DNA of 64,000 nt from Candidatus Latescibacterota bacterium (lineage in GTDB: Bacteria; Latescibacterota; CBDEFO01), in NCBI GenBank assembly GCA_965237525.1, contig CBDEFO010000004.1:480001-544000 (forward strand), in the 5' to 3' direction. A program made the translations under genes and the position numbers. The stretch's first letter is position 1. Each line of letters starts with the position of its first letter. A model generated the notes under the pieces. It saw only the letters and a list, made by a program, of their open reading frames with translations. It was not told the origin of the DNA and did no database searches. Shown one piece after another: positions 1-10,446 of this stretch.

Positions 1-119
1 TGTAAATCCAGCAATAAGATTATTCTTGTGCTCATATACTCGTTTTATTATATCGTTCGTAACGCCGATATAAAGTGTGCCATTTCTTTTACTTGCAAGA
101 ATATAGACATAATAGGCTT

Positions 120-349
120 TCACAGCATCCCTGGATTCCCGTTTCCACGGGAATGACATTCATTCATCAAATCGTCCAGCTTCCTGAACTTGAGGGACTT
201 CCTTCTCATCTCCTCCAACATCTCCAGGTCTTCCACATCTTCTATCCGCTCTAACATTTCACGGCATTCATCAATATCCAGGATTACTGCTGACGGCTTG
301 CCTTCTCGCAGAACAATTTCGGGAGTGTTTTTTTGGAGTTTCGTCTCAT
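120..349 (-). pseudogene. Phd/YefM-like antitoxin, frameshifted in an A7 run
   Basis: ATG at 349. One extra A in the A7 run gives MRRNSKKNTPEIVLREGKPSAVILDIDECREMLERIEDVEDLEMLEEMRR. Not in the ORF track. Confidence 0.55.
131..157. repeat. REP-like palindrome CTGGATTCCCGTTTCCACGGGAATGAC
   Basis: ATTCCCG...CGGGAAT inverted repeat. Confidence 0.55.
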
Positions 350-396
350 ATCTTCACCGCCATTGTCCACTATTACAGTTTATTAGCGGCTCATCT

Positions 397-1071
397 TTAT
401 ACAGATTTAATCTCATCTGCCGTTATAGCTCCCTCTCTGAGAATCCGGACTTTTCCTTCCAAAAAGGCAATCACTGTGGATGGCTTTGAGCTTGGGCTGA
501 TCCCTCCATCTATTATCAGGTCTATTTTGTCTTCGAATTGGACGGCGACGTGCAAGGCAGATCTGGATGCAGGATGGCCTGAGATGTTGGCACTTGTAGA
601 TGTGATCGGGGATTGAAGTCTCTTCATCAGGGCTTCAACTAAGGGATTGCTGGACAATCTGACGGCTACAGAATCCCCGCCTGCCAAGAGTTCCTTCGGT
701 AGAGAGTTTTGGGCTCTAAACACAACAGTCAAGGGTCCAGGCCAGAATTTGGCGATAAGTTTTTCTATATCGGCTGGGATTTCTTCGCAGAGATTTGGGA
801 GCATATCCCGGTGCGGGATGAGTATGCTGATAGCTTTTTCGGGAGATCTACCTTTGATGCCAAAGATTCTCTCAATAGCAGGGATATTGAAAGGGTCAGC
901 GCCCAGGCCATAGACGGTCTCCGTGGGATATGCTATGACTCCGCCTGATCTTACGGTGTGCGCAGCTCTCTCCAGAAGTTCCTTGTCGGGATCTCTGGGA
1001 TCGACTCTAATTGTGGGGGTATCGTTTCCTTCCCGTTGGAAAAAGGTAAATCGGCTCGTCACGTCATACAC
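397..1071 (-). CDS. tsaC: L-threonylcarbamoyladenylate synthase (YrdC/Sua5 family)
   Basis: YPTETVYGLG, KGR, WPGPLT, STSANISG and REGAI motifs. Confidence 0.93.
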   Translation of the reverse strand: MYDVTSRFTFFQREGNDTPTIRVDPRDPDKELLERAAHTVRSGGVIAYPTETVYGLGADPFNIPAIERIFGIKGRSPEKAISILIPHRDMLPNLCEEIPADIEKLIAKFWPGPLTVVFRAQNSLPKELLAGGDSVAVRLSSNPLVEALMKRLQSPITSTSANISGHPASRSALHVAVQFEDKIDLIIDGGISPSSKPSTVIAFLEGKVRILREGAITADEIKSV

Positions 1072-1530
1072 CTACTTTTCGGACATCTCTGCCCTGTACT
1101 CCAAAAGCTTTTTCCTCACCCCTTCGTCGGAGAGGGCTATGATCTGGGCGGCTAATATCGCTGCGTTTGCGGAGTTTCCTATACCTACTGTCGCTACAGG
1201 GACTCCTCTGGGCATCTGCACTATGGCATAGAGGGCATCCGCTCCAGAGAGGGGACCTACGTCTATGGGGACTCCTATGACCGGAATTAAGGTATTGGCC
1301 GCAAGGGTTCCGGGCAGCCCCGCCGAAAGACCTGCTCCAGCTATTATGACCTTAAGTCCTCTCGATTCGGCGGACAATCCATATTGCGCCGTCCGTTCAG
1401 GATTTCTGTGGGACGATGTAACTACGATCTCGTACGGGATATTGAACTTTTCTAACGTCTTCGCGGCAGCCGACATCGCCTCCTCATCCGACCTGCTGCC
1501 CATTACTATGCCTACCTTCGCTTCGTCCAT
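1072..1530 (-). CDS. purE: N5-CAIR mutase
   Basis: MGSRSD, HRNP, IAGAG, PVIGVP, IVQMPRGVPVATV. Confidence 0.95.
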   Translation of the reverse strand: MDEAKVGIVMGSRSDEEAMSAAAKTLEKFNIPYEIVVTSSHRNPERTAQYGLSAESRGLKVIIAGAGLSAGLPGTLAANTLIPVIGVPIDVGPLSGADALYAIVQMPRGVPVATVGIGNSANAAILAAQIIALSDEGVRKKLLEYRAEMSEK

Positions 1531-1553
1531 ATTCTCCTCGCATAGATGAATGT

Positions 1554-2327
1554 TCAGGACAGAAACGGAAACGTTTCATCCCTTTGTGAATCCGAAAGTT
1601 GCCTTATATACTTACTGATCCTTTCGACTATAATCTCTATATATCTCTCCCCCTTCTCAGCAGTCGCCTTTTTAGGATTCCCGAAGGTAGAATCATCGGT
1701 CAGAAGGTGCCACGGCCGGGTTATCACTGCCCACCCCTTATCTACAGCTTCAAAGCGGCTCTTTCTCACTTTACCATCGCCAGCGTCCTCCATGTGAACC
1801 ACTTCTTCACACAAAGCCAGAGTGACAGCGGCTTCCATTTCGTGGGCGTGTTCGCCGCCTTCTTCGAATATCCCATCGTACACGTCCTGTCCCACCTTCC
1901 ACCAATCGACCGAAGACATGAATACCTCCGTCTCATTGGAAAGTTCCCTCAAAAGGGGGCGAAACTCGTTTCCACCGTGACCGTTTAATATTACTAAATT
2001 CGGCACTTTATGGTAATCTAACGACCTGACTATATCCCCAATAAGAGTGTTAAGCGTCGATTGATGCACATTTATTGTCATTGGGAATTCCATCATATTG
2101 GAGTCCACCCCGTAAGGGATCGAGGGGAGGAGAACGACATTAGCTCCTCTAGCCTCAGCCTCTTGACATATTCTCTTGGCGATCCCTTCGCTTTCTATAG
2201 TATCTGTACCGTAAGGTAGGTGAAAGCCGTGAGGCTCCGTGGATCCCACAGGCAAAACTGCGACCCTGTATTTCTCTTCCTGGACAACCTTGAAGGTTAT
2301 GTTCTTAAGATCCCACCTGGAAGACAT
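1554..2327 (-). CDS. creatininase/creatinine amidohydrolase family protein
   Basis: GSTEPHGFHLPYGTD, NGHGGN and HAHEME metal motifs. Confidence 0.9.
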   Translation of the reverse strand: MSSRWDLKNITFKVVQEEKYRVAVLPVGSTEPHGFHLPYGTDTIESEGIAKRICQEAEARGANVVLLPSIPYGVDSNMMEFPMTINVHQSTLNTLIGDIVRSLDYHKVPNLVILNGHGGNEFRPLLRELSNETEVFMSSVDWWKVGQDVYDGIFEEGGEHAHEMEAAVTLALCEEVVHMEDAGDGKVRKSRFEAVDKGWAVITRPWHLLTDDSTFGNPKKATAEKGERYIEIIVERISKYIRQLSDSQRDETFPFLS

Positions 2328-2623
2328 CTAAGCTCCATTGTTTGTGTGTTTTCCATCTGTAATACCAAGTGTAGGGGCGAACCCGTGTGGCAGTTGAGAG
2401 GATGATGGTGCAGCAGGCCAAGAAGTGGGTAGGTTGGACGAGAGTCGGCAACAAGCCACGCAGCAGTTTGCCCAAGTTTTGAGGTCAGAAACGCGTGTCT
2501 GCACCCACTATTTATATCTTGAAAATTACAGAGTAAAGTTTCATAAGTCAACAGTTTTTTGCACTCTCGAATTTAACAAGAGCCAATGCTGTGATCCCAA
2601 AGCAGGTTCTACCCGCATTTAGC

Positions 2624-2652
2624 TTGACAGATGGCATCCAGTGTGCTAAATT
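2624..2652 (+). promoter_or_regulatory. sigma70-like promoter for the aldolase gene
   Basis: TTGACA-17 nt-TAAATT with extended TG. Confidence 0.55.
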
Positions 2653-2809
2653 GGCCAAGTCCAAAGGAGATAGACGAAACCTTAACGAAAAATGTGGACA
2701 GCAGAGAGAGAGGCAGTCTAAGTGAGATTGCTTCACTAAACCCGACAAGGGATGGGAGGTGGTACTCTGACTACTGTCTACCTGTCTTAATAACCCCTGT
2801 GAGGCGGCT

Positions 2810-3574
2810 GTGAAAGAAAACAGAGTCAAAAAGATGCTGAAAGACGGAAAGATCGTCCTTGGGCCATTTGTAGCGGGGGCCTATCCGGGCACCGTGGAGA
2901 TAATTGGATACGCTGGGTTCGACTTTGCTATTCTGGATATGGAGCACGGCCCGCTGGATGCCCGTTTAGTGGAGGACATGTGCCGCGCTGCGGATGTTTC
3001 AGGCCTTTCTCCCATAATTCGGGTCAGGAAGAACGATCCACCTCAGATTTTAAGAGCCCTCGATATCGGTTCAGCGGGCGTTCAGATCCCTCAGATAGAG
3101 GGCAAAGAGGACGCCCAAGCTGCTTCAAGGGCCGCCAAATATCGCCCATCCGGCGAGCGCGGGCTCTCTCCCTACGTCCGGGCTACTGATTACTCAGCGC
3201 GGGGTACGAAGATTACGGATGAGTTGAACGAAGAGACGATGACGGTAATCCACGTGGAGGGGATAAAGGGCATAGAAAACCTGGGTGACATAATTACTGT
3301 ATCCGATATAGACGTCATCTTCTTAGGCCCATACGATCTGTCTCAGTCTCTCGGAATGCCGGGACAGGTGAAAGATCCCAGAGTAATAAACCATATGAAA
3401 GAGGCAGTCTCAAAGATTCGGGATGCCAAGATGGCGGTGGGAACCTTCGCAGACGACGTTGAGTCCGCCAAGATGTGGATAGATGCAGGAATACAATATA
3501 TATCTATCTCTGTGGATACGGCTATATTCCTCAACGCCTGTAGGAGAATTGTCTCGGACATCAGGACAAGCTAG
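2810..3574 (+). CDS. HpcH/HpaI family class II aldolase
   Basis: DMEHG, IIRV, FLGPYDLSQSLG. Confidence 0.9.
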   Translation: MKENRVKKMLKDGKIVLGPFVAGAYPGTVEIIGYAGFDFAILDMEHGPLDARLVEDMCRAADVSGLSPIIRVRKNDPPQILRALDIGSAGVQIPQIEGKEDAQAASRAAKYRPSGERGLSPYVRATDYSARGTKITDELNEETMTVIHVEGIKGIENLGDIITVSDIDVIFLGPYDLSQSLGMPGQVKDPRVINHMKEAVSKIRDAKMAVGTFADDVESAKMWIDAGIQYISISVDTAIFLNACRRIVSDIRTS

Positions 3575-3700
3575 TAGAAAGTAGTCAGCAGACAGGGAAA
3601 GGCAGAGCCTAAGACTCTTCAGCCATCAAAGCACCACGGCGCAAAGATATTAGAGTTAGTGTCTTTGTGTCTTACCTGAGCCTTTGCAGCAGCGGAGAGG

Positions 3701-4408
3701 TTGTCCATCAATCGCCGAAAATATAGAATATCTGTCGTCATTCCGGCCTTAGACGAGGCGGATTCCATTGGGAAGGTCCTGGGAGATATTCCCGATGGGC
3801 TGGCGGATGAGATTGTGGTAGTGGACAACGGATCGAGAGACGACACGGCCAGGGTAGCAGAGCGTATGGGACCTAAGGTGGTCTATGAGGAAAAGAGAGG
3901 ATACGGATATGCGTGTCTTGCGGGGATAGCGGCTTTAGAATCTCCGGATGTGGTGGTGTTTATAGATGCGGACTACAGCGACTATCCTGATGAGATGACA
4001 AAGGTGGTCGAGCCCATTCTGTCCGGCAGAGCCGAGATGGTGATAGGTTCGAGAGTTTTGGGCAAAAGAGAAAAGGGCGCGCTCTTGCCTCAAGCCCGGT
4101 TCGGTAACGCTTTATCCTCCCTTTTAATCGGAATCTTTTTCGGAACGAGATATACGGATTTAGGACCCTTTAGGGCCATTTCGTATAGCGATCTTCTAGC
4201 TATGAACATGAAAGACAAGAGCTTCGGCTGGACTGTGGAGATGCAGATCAAAGCGGCAAAGATGGGACTTAGGGTGGAGGAGATCCCCGTAAGCTATCGA
4301 AAGAGGATAGGAACCTCCAAGATAACTGGAACCTTCAAAGGGACGATTGTAGCAGGGGCGAAGATCCTATATACTATATTCAAGCACGGGATTTTCAAGG
4401 GTATATGA
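3701..4408 (+). CDS. GT2 glycosyltransferase (DPM1-like)
   Basis: VVIPALDE, VDNGSRD, DADYSD, IGSR, TDLGPFRA. Confidence 0.9.
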   Translation: MSINRRKYRISVVIPALDEADSIGKVLGDIPDGLADEIVVVDNGSRDDTARVAERMGPKVVYEEKRGYGYACLAGIAALESPDVVVFIDADYSDYPDEMTKVVEPILSGRAEMVIGSRVLGKREKGALLPQARFGNALSSLLIGIFFGTRYTDLGPFRAISYSDLLAMNMKDKSFGWTVEMQIKAAKMGLRVEEIPVSYRKRIGTSKITGTFKGTIVAGAKILYTIFKHGIFKGI

Positions 4409-5412
4409 AAAAATGGTCGGTTTACTTAGGGATCGTTGTAAGCGGGATACTTTTGTGGTGGGCGTTCAGGGATGTGGATCTGGTGAGAGGATTCGAGATA
4501 GTAAAGGACATCAGAGCAGGTTTTCTGATCCCGAGCACTGTCTTCTTTCTTTCGTCCGTATACTTCAGGGCGCTCAGATGGCGGTATCTTCTGTTAGGTC
4601 TTAAGGATATTCCGACAGGTCGTCTCTTTCCCATTCTGTCTGTGGGATTGATGCTGAACAATATACTTCCTGCCAGGGCAGGTGAATTCGGAAGAGCCTA
4701 CCTTGTGGGGAGGAAGCAGAATATAAGCGGTTCGTCCGCCTTTTCCACTGTCTTTGTGGAAAGGGTGACAGATGTGACCATATTGCTCTTCCTTTTGGGG
4801 GGATGTCTGGTCTTTTACAGATCGCTCGCTTTTCGGAGTTCTGACGTTATAAGAGTAGCAGGTTTGAGCCTGCTTTTTATGAATCTTCTCTTGATAGGAG
4901 GGATATGGGGAACGTATAAGTACAGGAGGGTCGCTATCAATCTATTGGACAGATTGCTGAGACCCATATCATCCAAAATCGCCCAAAGGGTCGCAAACAT
5001 GGCCGATGAATTTATCGGCAATCTGAATCTCTTCAAGAGTCCAAAAGACTTCTGGTTGATGATAGCCTGCTCCCTGTGCTTCTGGGCTTCAGCGGCGACT
5101 TCGTTCTACTTTGTCATGTCCTCCTTTTCGATGGATCTGGATCTCGCCGACGCCTTGTTGGTTCAAGTGGTAACCACTTTGGGAGTGGTAATCCCGTCGG
5201 TTCCGGGGTTCATAGGAACATTTCACGGGTTTTGTAGATTGGGTCTTTCGTTTGCCGGGATAAGAGATCCGAATTTAGCCGTAAGTTACGCCGTGGTGAT
5301 ACATCTTCTGCACTGGATCCTTACCAATATCCTGGGTTTCTACTATCTATGGACAGATAAGATGTCCATCTGGACCTTGAGCGAACGATTTGAGGAGACA
5401 AGCAGACAGTAG
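4405..5412 (+). CDS. lysylphosphatidylglycerol-synthase TM domain / flippase-like membrane protein
   Basis: RALRW, NILPARAGE, VERVTD and PGFIG motifs; multiple TM helices; ATGA overlap with the GT2 gene. Confidence 0.85.
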   Translation: MKKWSVYLGIVVSGILLWWAFRDVDLVRGFEIVKDIRAGFLIPSTVFFLSSVYFRALRWRYLLLGLKDIPTGRLFPILSVGLMLNNILPARAGEFGRAYLVGRKQNISGSSAFSTVFVERVTDVTILLFLLGGCLVFYRSLAFRSSDVIRVAGLSLLFMNLLLIGGIWGTYKYRRVAINLLDRLLRPISSKIAQRVANMADEFIGNLNLFKSPKDFWLMIACSLCFWASAATSFYFVMSSFSMDLDLADALLVQVVTTLGVVIPSVPGFIGTFHGFCRLGLSFAGIRDPNLAVSYAVVIHLLHWILTNILGFYYLWTDKMSIWTLSERFEETSRQ

Positions 5413-5633
5413 ACCCGGAACCTGCACCCAACCCGCACCCGCCAGAACCCGCGTCAGGACTCTCTAAAAGACACCTGGGTGCGGGTTTACAGGGTTTTGC
5501 AGTATCTGTTGCATATAGTATGAGAATCATTTACAATACAACAATACCGAAAAACCTGCTCCACCTGCACCCGTCTGGCATAGGTGCAGCAGTTACGGGG
5601 CTTGTAGCGGGTGCAGGTCGGGTGCCGCTTTAA

Positions 5634-7152
5634 AAGCCTTGTGAAATAGTTATGTCCCAGGCAGCGTCTGAAGCGCCGATTATGGGTCAAAGAGTAGCAT
5701 ATCGTATCGTTTTGCTGTGGAATAAGCAAAATAGTCTTATCAGAGTTCTGGTCAGCAAGGAACAGGAGCTGTTTGAAGAACAGGATGCACTGTCTTTGAC
5801 AGACAGGGCACACATAGACGCTTTCCCCCTTCTTATGAAAGATACAAGCCTCTTGAGATTCTGTACTGTTGCAACAAGATTCAACTGTTCATTCAGTGAG
5901 GCTGGTCCTCTATAACGGGCTCGTCCCATACCGTGTTGTTGCCTGGCTTCAGCAAAGATATGTTCACTGCGTTTACGGAGTCTCCGGGAGAGTTTGTAGT
6001 CAGCTGTTAATGAGATAGACCGTGCATGATTTCTGGCTTTCGCCTCTCGCACTTTTCTATCCCGTTCGGCCTGAATATGTGCTGGATTTGTCTTGTTTTT
6101 CCATGTAGGAATCGGTTCAATCTTCTCATCGGCTCGCAGAGGAATATGGGGTATGATTCCCCGGTCAAGCACATCAGCGATAAAATTACCAGAACCGTAA
6201 CCGGTATCGGCACTAAGTGTCTGAATGTCTTTGGGCATGGTGTATGTTTCAAGGTCATCTACCATCTTAAGGGCACTTTCGGGCTCTGCTGTCCCTGTCG
6301 CCTGCGTGCCCTGAGTCTCAAGGATTACTCTGCTTTTTGTGTCGATCAGATCATGGCCCATAAACGAGAGAAAAGCCCCTTTGCCCTTCGATTTGCTGTA
6401 TAAGCGCGCGTCGGGGTCTGTAGTCGAACGGTGTGTTTGGTTCGTCCACTTTTCACCATGAAAGTCTTTATCCTGAGGATGCCCGGACCTACCCTTTGTC
6501 TTATCACCTTCAAAACCGATTCCCTTGAGATAATCATCAAGAGAAACAGGGGGTTCTATCGGCTCAATACTTTTCACTGAAGCATCAGCTTGTATCTGAG
6601 TGCCGTCGACACTAAGGTGTTTACCGCTCACAAGACCGACATCTATGCAACACTGGACTACCTGACGCATTATCCGTTCAAACAACCCACTGGATGCCCA
6701 CTTGTGATTGCGAAGCTTGTTGATCGTGCTCCTATCCGGAACCGCATCATCAAATGTCTGATGACAAAACAACCGATATGCCGCATGCATCCCCACTTCC
6801 TGACAGAGCCGATTCTCACTCAAATTATACAGATAGCCAATAAGGATCATTCGAACAACTAATTCAGGATCAATACCGGGTCTGCCATTGTCAGGGCAAT
6901 AACAATCTGATACAACGTCTCGTACAAATGAAAAATCAACTGCCTCATCAATCTGACGAAGGATATGATCCTCGGGAACTAAATCCTCCATCTGAAAATA
7001 GTGAAACATCGGATTTGTCTGTTCCTGCTTTTGTGGGGTCATTGTTTCCTCCATGTATAATATTATCAATAACATAATATAATACATCGGAACTGCTTTA
7101 TCAATGCTTGTTTTATACTATTTTCTGAATCTAAGGGTTTTTCACAAGGCTT
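5634..7152 (-). mobile_element. IS1182-family IS, copy 1
   Basis: 13-bp TIR AAGCCTTGTGAAA; TTAA duplicated at 5630-5633 and 7153-7156; 1519 bp. Confidence 0.9.
5687..7042 (-). CDS. IS1182-family DDE transposase (start moved to the ATG after GGAGG)
   Basis: LVPEDH, GRPGIDP, VDGTQIQADAS, TTDPDAR, ADTGY, EHIF. Confidence 0.9.
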   Translation of the reverse strand: MTPQKQEQTNPMFHYFQMEDLVPEDHILRQIDEAVDFSFVRDVVSDCYCPDNGRPGIDPELVVRMILIGYLYNLSENRLCQEVGMHAAYRLFCHQTFDDAVPDRSTINKLRNHKWASSGLFERIMRQVVQCCIDVGLVSGKHLSVDGTQIQADASVKSIEPIEPPVSLDDYLKGIGFEGDKTKGRSGHPQDKDFHGEKWTNQTHRSTTDPDARLYSKSKGKGAFLSFMGHDLIDTKSRVILETQGTQATGTAEPESALKMVDDLETYTMPKDIQTLSADTGYGSGNFIADVLDRGIIPHIPLRADEKIEPIPTWKNKTNPAHIQAERDRKVREAKARNHARSISLTADYKLSRRLRKRSEHIFAEARQQHGMGRARYRGPASLNEQLNLVATVQNLKRLVSFIRRGKASMCALSVKDSASCSSNSSCSLLTRTLIRLFCLFHSKTIRYATL

Positions 7153-7548
7153 TTAAATATCCCCCTCTTTCCTAAGTCTCAGGCCAACGTAGTACGTCTT
7201 TCCATGTGACCTGCGCCTTTCAAATCTTTCTCCCATTCGTCTTCCAAACTTTGTTTTGCTCTCCGGGAAAAGCCCCCTTTCTTGGCACCCTTTGACGTAC
7301 GCTTCGTATGCCTCTCCAGCCTCTACTATGTACTCCTTCCTGACCTTCTCCTGGAACTTCTTGTATCCCTCTGGATCTTCCCTCTCAAACTCCTCCATAA
7401 ACGCTTGCATTACCTCCTCCGGTATGTGCAGCTCACCTGGTTCGTTCTCAAGCCTCTCGTACTCCTCCGGATCTTCCCTCTCTAGCCTCTCCGCACCCTC
7501 ATTTATCTCCCTGAACAGCCTATCTAAATAAGGTCCAAACTTAGACAT
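7153..7548 (-). CDS. small acidic protein with a D5/primase-C-terminal-like winged-helix region
   Basis: YEAYVKGCQERG...SKTKFGRRM...YYVGLRL; internal EREDPE repeat; GGGGG RBS; own promoter. Confidence 0.55.
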   Translation of the reverse strand: MSKFGPYLDRLFREINEGAERLEREDPEEYERLENEPGELHIPEEVMQAFMEEFEREDPEGYKKFQEKVRKEYIVEAGEAYEAYVKGCQERGLFPESKTKFGRRMGERFERRRSHGKTYYVGLRLRKEGDI

Positions 7549-7600
7549 CTTTAACCCCCTTTTTGGGTAATCTGTGTTGTAGTGTACAGGTGTATAGTAT

Positions 7601-7629
7601 AATGTAATCTATATCGCTCGTCTTGTCAA
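7601..7629 (-). promoter_or_regulatory. sigma70-like promoter
   Basis: TTGACA-17 nt-TACATT on the minus strand. Confidence 0.5.
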
Positions 7630-7800
7630 GAAAAAATGTCAGGTGCAAAAAAAATTACGGAGGATCGCAAATGGACACGGACAGATCACAAAAAAGGCTT
7701 GCAAAAACGTTGCAAGTATGTATATTTTAATATCTGATCTATTTTGACAATTGGAAGCCAGGAGTGAAGTAATTTATTAGCTGCATTTAAGGGAGAGGAA

Positions 7801-10446
7801 ATGAGGAAAGATAAGTTAAAGCTCGCACTTGTGGGTGTATTGATTCTGATTGCTCTGTGGTATCTGTATCCTACTTTCAATTTCTATACGATGCCGGCTG
7901 ACACGTTGACAGAGATGGAAATCCAGGATCCTGATGAGTTCGAGGACTTAAAGGGCAGAGCTATGAAGTTGGGGTTGGATCTTCAGGGAGGAATACATCT
8001 GGTCATGGAGGTCGATTTTACTGGGCTTTCAGACGACGAAAAGAGAGACGCGGTGGATCGGGCGATTGAGGTGATAAGGAACAGAATAGATCAGTTCGGT
8101 GTGTCTGAGCCTGTGATCCACAAAGAGGGCGAAAACAGGATTGTAATCGAACTTCCGGGCGTTCAACAGATCGAAAGGGCCAAGAAGCTGATAGGTCAGA
8201 CGGCAAGATTGGAGTTCAAGCTTGTAAGAGAGCCTGAGGATCTGAGGAATATCCTGAACAAGATAGATGCTGCGCTTGCAGGGACTGCAGCGGAGGATAC
8301 TTCAGAAGCGGAGGTAACGGCTGCCGCCGATACCGTCCAGGTCGAAGAGATGGGGTTATTCGAAGAGGACCAAGAAGGAGAGGGGCTCTTTGAGGAGGAG
8401 ATTGCGGATATACAGAGGGAGGATCGTCCGCTTACGTCTCTTTTGGTACCATGGGGAAGAAATTATGAAGATATAGCCGTCCCGTTTAAGAGGGTAAAGA
8501 GGATCAAAGTTATTTTGAACGATCCCAGGGTAAAGGAAGTCATTCCCAAGGACAGTGAGTTTATCCTTGGTAAGCCCGAAGGTACAGACCCGAACGCGGT
8601 GTATCCGCTCTATTATGTCAGGTCGAATTATGAGGCGACAGGGGATATAATAGAAGATGCCAACGTATCTACGGGGACCAGTTTCGAGAATCAGGGACGG
8701 CCGCTTGTGGAGTTTACTACCACCGCTGAAGGTGCAAGGATATTTGCCAGGGTCACAGGAGCTAACGTGGGGAAGAGACTTGCTATCGTGTTGGATGGGA
8801 GAGCCTATTCGGCACCTGTGATCCAGAACAAGATAACGGGACGTGGGAACATTACAGGTAGCTCGACGGTGGAGGAAGCAAGGGATCTGGTCATTGTTCT
8901 TAGAGCCGGTGCACTCCCTGCAAATGTGATCCCTATCGAGGACCGGACAATAGGGCCCTCACTTGGAAAGGAATCGATAGAGAAGGGCAAGAATGCGATT
9001 ATCATAGGCTTGATTATCGTAGCGGTATTTATGATTATATACTACAAGCTGGCCGGTCTGGTGGCAGATTTTGCACTGACTCTGAATATAATATTTATAC
9101 TGTCCATCCTTGCGGGGTTTCACGCTACTTTGACTCTCCCAGGGCTTGCGGGGATAGTACTAACTGTAGGCATGGCTGTGGACGCCAACGTGCTGATCTT
9201 CCAGAGGATAAGAGAAGAGCTCAGGTCAGGCAAGACCGTCAGAGCAGCTATAGACACGGGATATTCGAGGGCCTTCTCTGCGATCATCGACTCCAACCTC
9301 ACAACGCTTATAGTCGCTATAGTCTTGTTGCAGTTCGGAACCGGACCGATCAAAGGGTTCGCACTGACCCTGTCGATCGGAATAATTTCAAGCATGTTCA
9401 CCGCCCTAGTTGTTACAAGGGCGATATTCAATTACTATACAGGGATAAGGAACGTCAAGAGCCTGAGCATCGGCAGAAGGGACGCCTTCAGAGACAGCAA
9501 CTTCGGCTTTATAAAGAGAAGGCGTCTGGGGTTTTTGACTTCAGTTGTTGTAGCGGCTGTGGGTCTCATCTCCATGGGTCTGCACGGCGGACTTAATATG
9601 GGGATAGATTTTGCGGGCGGAACCCTTCTGGAGCTGCATTTTGATCCCCCTATCTCGGTTCAAGAGGTCAGAGACGCCCTAGGAAGTGTGGACGTCGACG
9701 GACAGGTTATGGATCTCGGCAAAAGTGAGATCAAAGAGTTCGGAAATGAGAACGATGTCCTGATAAGGACACAGGATTTCGGCGAGGAGTTGGACGTAGG
9801 TGCGGCCATAAAGACGAAGCTCAAAGCCGATTTTAGGGGGAGCATTAAAGATGAGATAGACTGGCTCAGAAGAGAGGAGAAGGTCGGTCCCAAGATAGGT
9901 GGAGAATTAGGAAGAGACGCTGTGAAGGCTATATTTCTGTCTCTTGCTTTGATTATAGTCTATATATGGTACAGGTTCAAGGATATTAGATTCGGGATTG
10001 CGGCTGTGGTAGCCCTCTTCCACGATGTGCTCATAACTTTGGGGATATTTTCCATCTACGGCGGTGAGATATCGCTTGCAGTTGTGGCGGCGCTTTTGAC
10101 AATTGTGGGTTACTCCTTAAACGATACGATCGTGATATTCGACAGGATAAGGGAGAACTTCGGGGTCTACAGGGGGCAAATGTACGACGAGATAATAAAC
10201 AGGGGCATCAACGAATCTTTAAGCAGGACTATTATAACATCGCTGACCACGCTTTCTGTAGTTTTAGTGCTCCTGTTCTTAGGGGGCCAGGTGACACGGA
10301 GCTTTGCCTTTGCGCTGACAGTGGGCGTCATCGTAGGCACTTATTCATCTTCGTTCGTAGCGAGTCCCATATTGGTGGAGTGGCAAAACAGGCAGGATAA
10401 AAAGAGGATGAAAGAGAGATCAGCCGCTGTCGCTAGAACACGTTAG
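7801..10446 (+). CDS. secDF: fused protein translocase subunit SecDF
   Basis: LGLDLQGG, RIDQFGVSEP, GMAVDANV, GIDFAGG, GYSLNDTIVIFDRIRE. Confidence 0.97.
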   Translation: MRKDKLKLALVGVLILIALWYLYPTFNFYTMPADTLTEMEIQDPDEFEDLKGRAMKLGLDLQGGIHLVMEVDFTGLSDDEKRDAVDRAIEVIRNRIDQFGVSEPVIHKEGENRIVIELPGVQQIERAKKLIGQTARLEFKLVREPEDLRNILNKIDAALAGTAAEDTSEAEVTAAADTVQVEEMGLFEEDQEGEGLFEEEIADIQREDRPLTSLLVPWGRNYEDIAVPFKRVKRIKVILNDPRVKEVIPKDSEFILGKPEGTDPNAVYPLYYVRSNYEATGDIIEDANVSTGTSFENQGRPLVEFTTTAEGARIFARVTGANVGKRLAIVLDGRAYSAPVIQNKITGRGNITGSSTVEEARDLVIVLRAGALPANVIPIEDRTIGPSLGKESIEKGKNAIIIGLIIVAVFMIIYYKLAGLVADFALTLNIIFILSILAGFHATLTLPGLAGIVLTVGMAVDANVLIFQRIREELRSGKTVRAAIDTGYSRAFSAIIDSNLTTLIVAIVLLQFGTGPIKGFALTLSIGIISSMFTALVVTRAIFNYYTGIRNVKSLSIGRRDAFRDSNFGFIKRRRLGFLTSVVVAAVGLISMGLHGGLNMGIDFAGGTLLELHFDPPISVQEVRDALGSVDVDGQVMDLGKSEIKEFGNENDVLIRTQDFGEELDVGAAIKTKLKADFRGSIKDEIDWLRREEKVGPKIGGELGRDAVKAIFLSLALIIVYIWYRFKDIRFGIAAVVALFHDVLITLGIFSIYGGEISLAVVAALLTIVGYSLNDTIVIFDRIRENFGVYRGQMYDEIINRGINESLSRTIITSLTTLSVVLVLLFLGGQVTRSFAFALTVGVIVGTYSSSFVASPILVEWQNRQDKKRMKERSAAVARTR

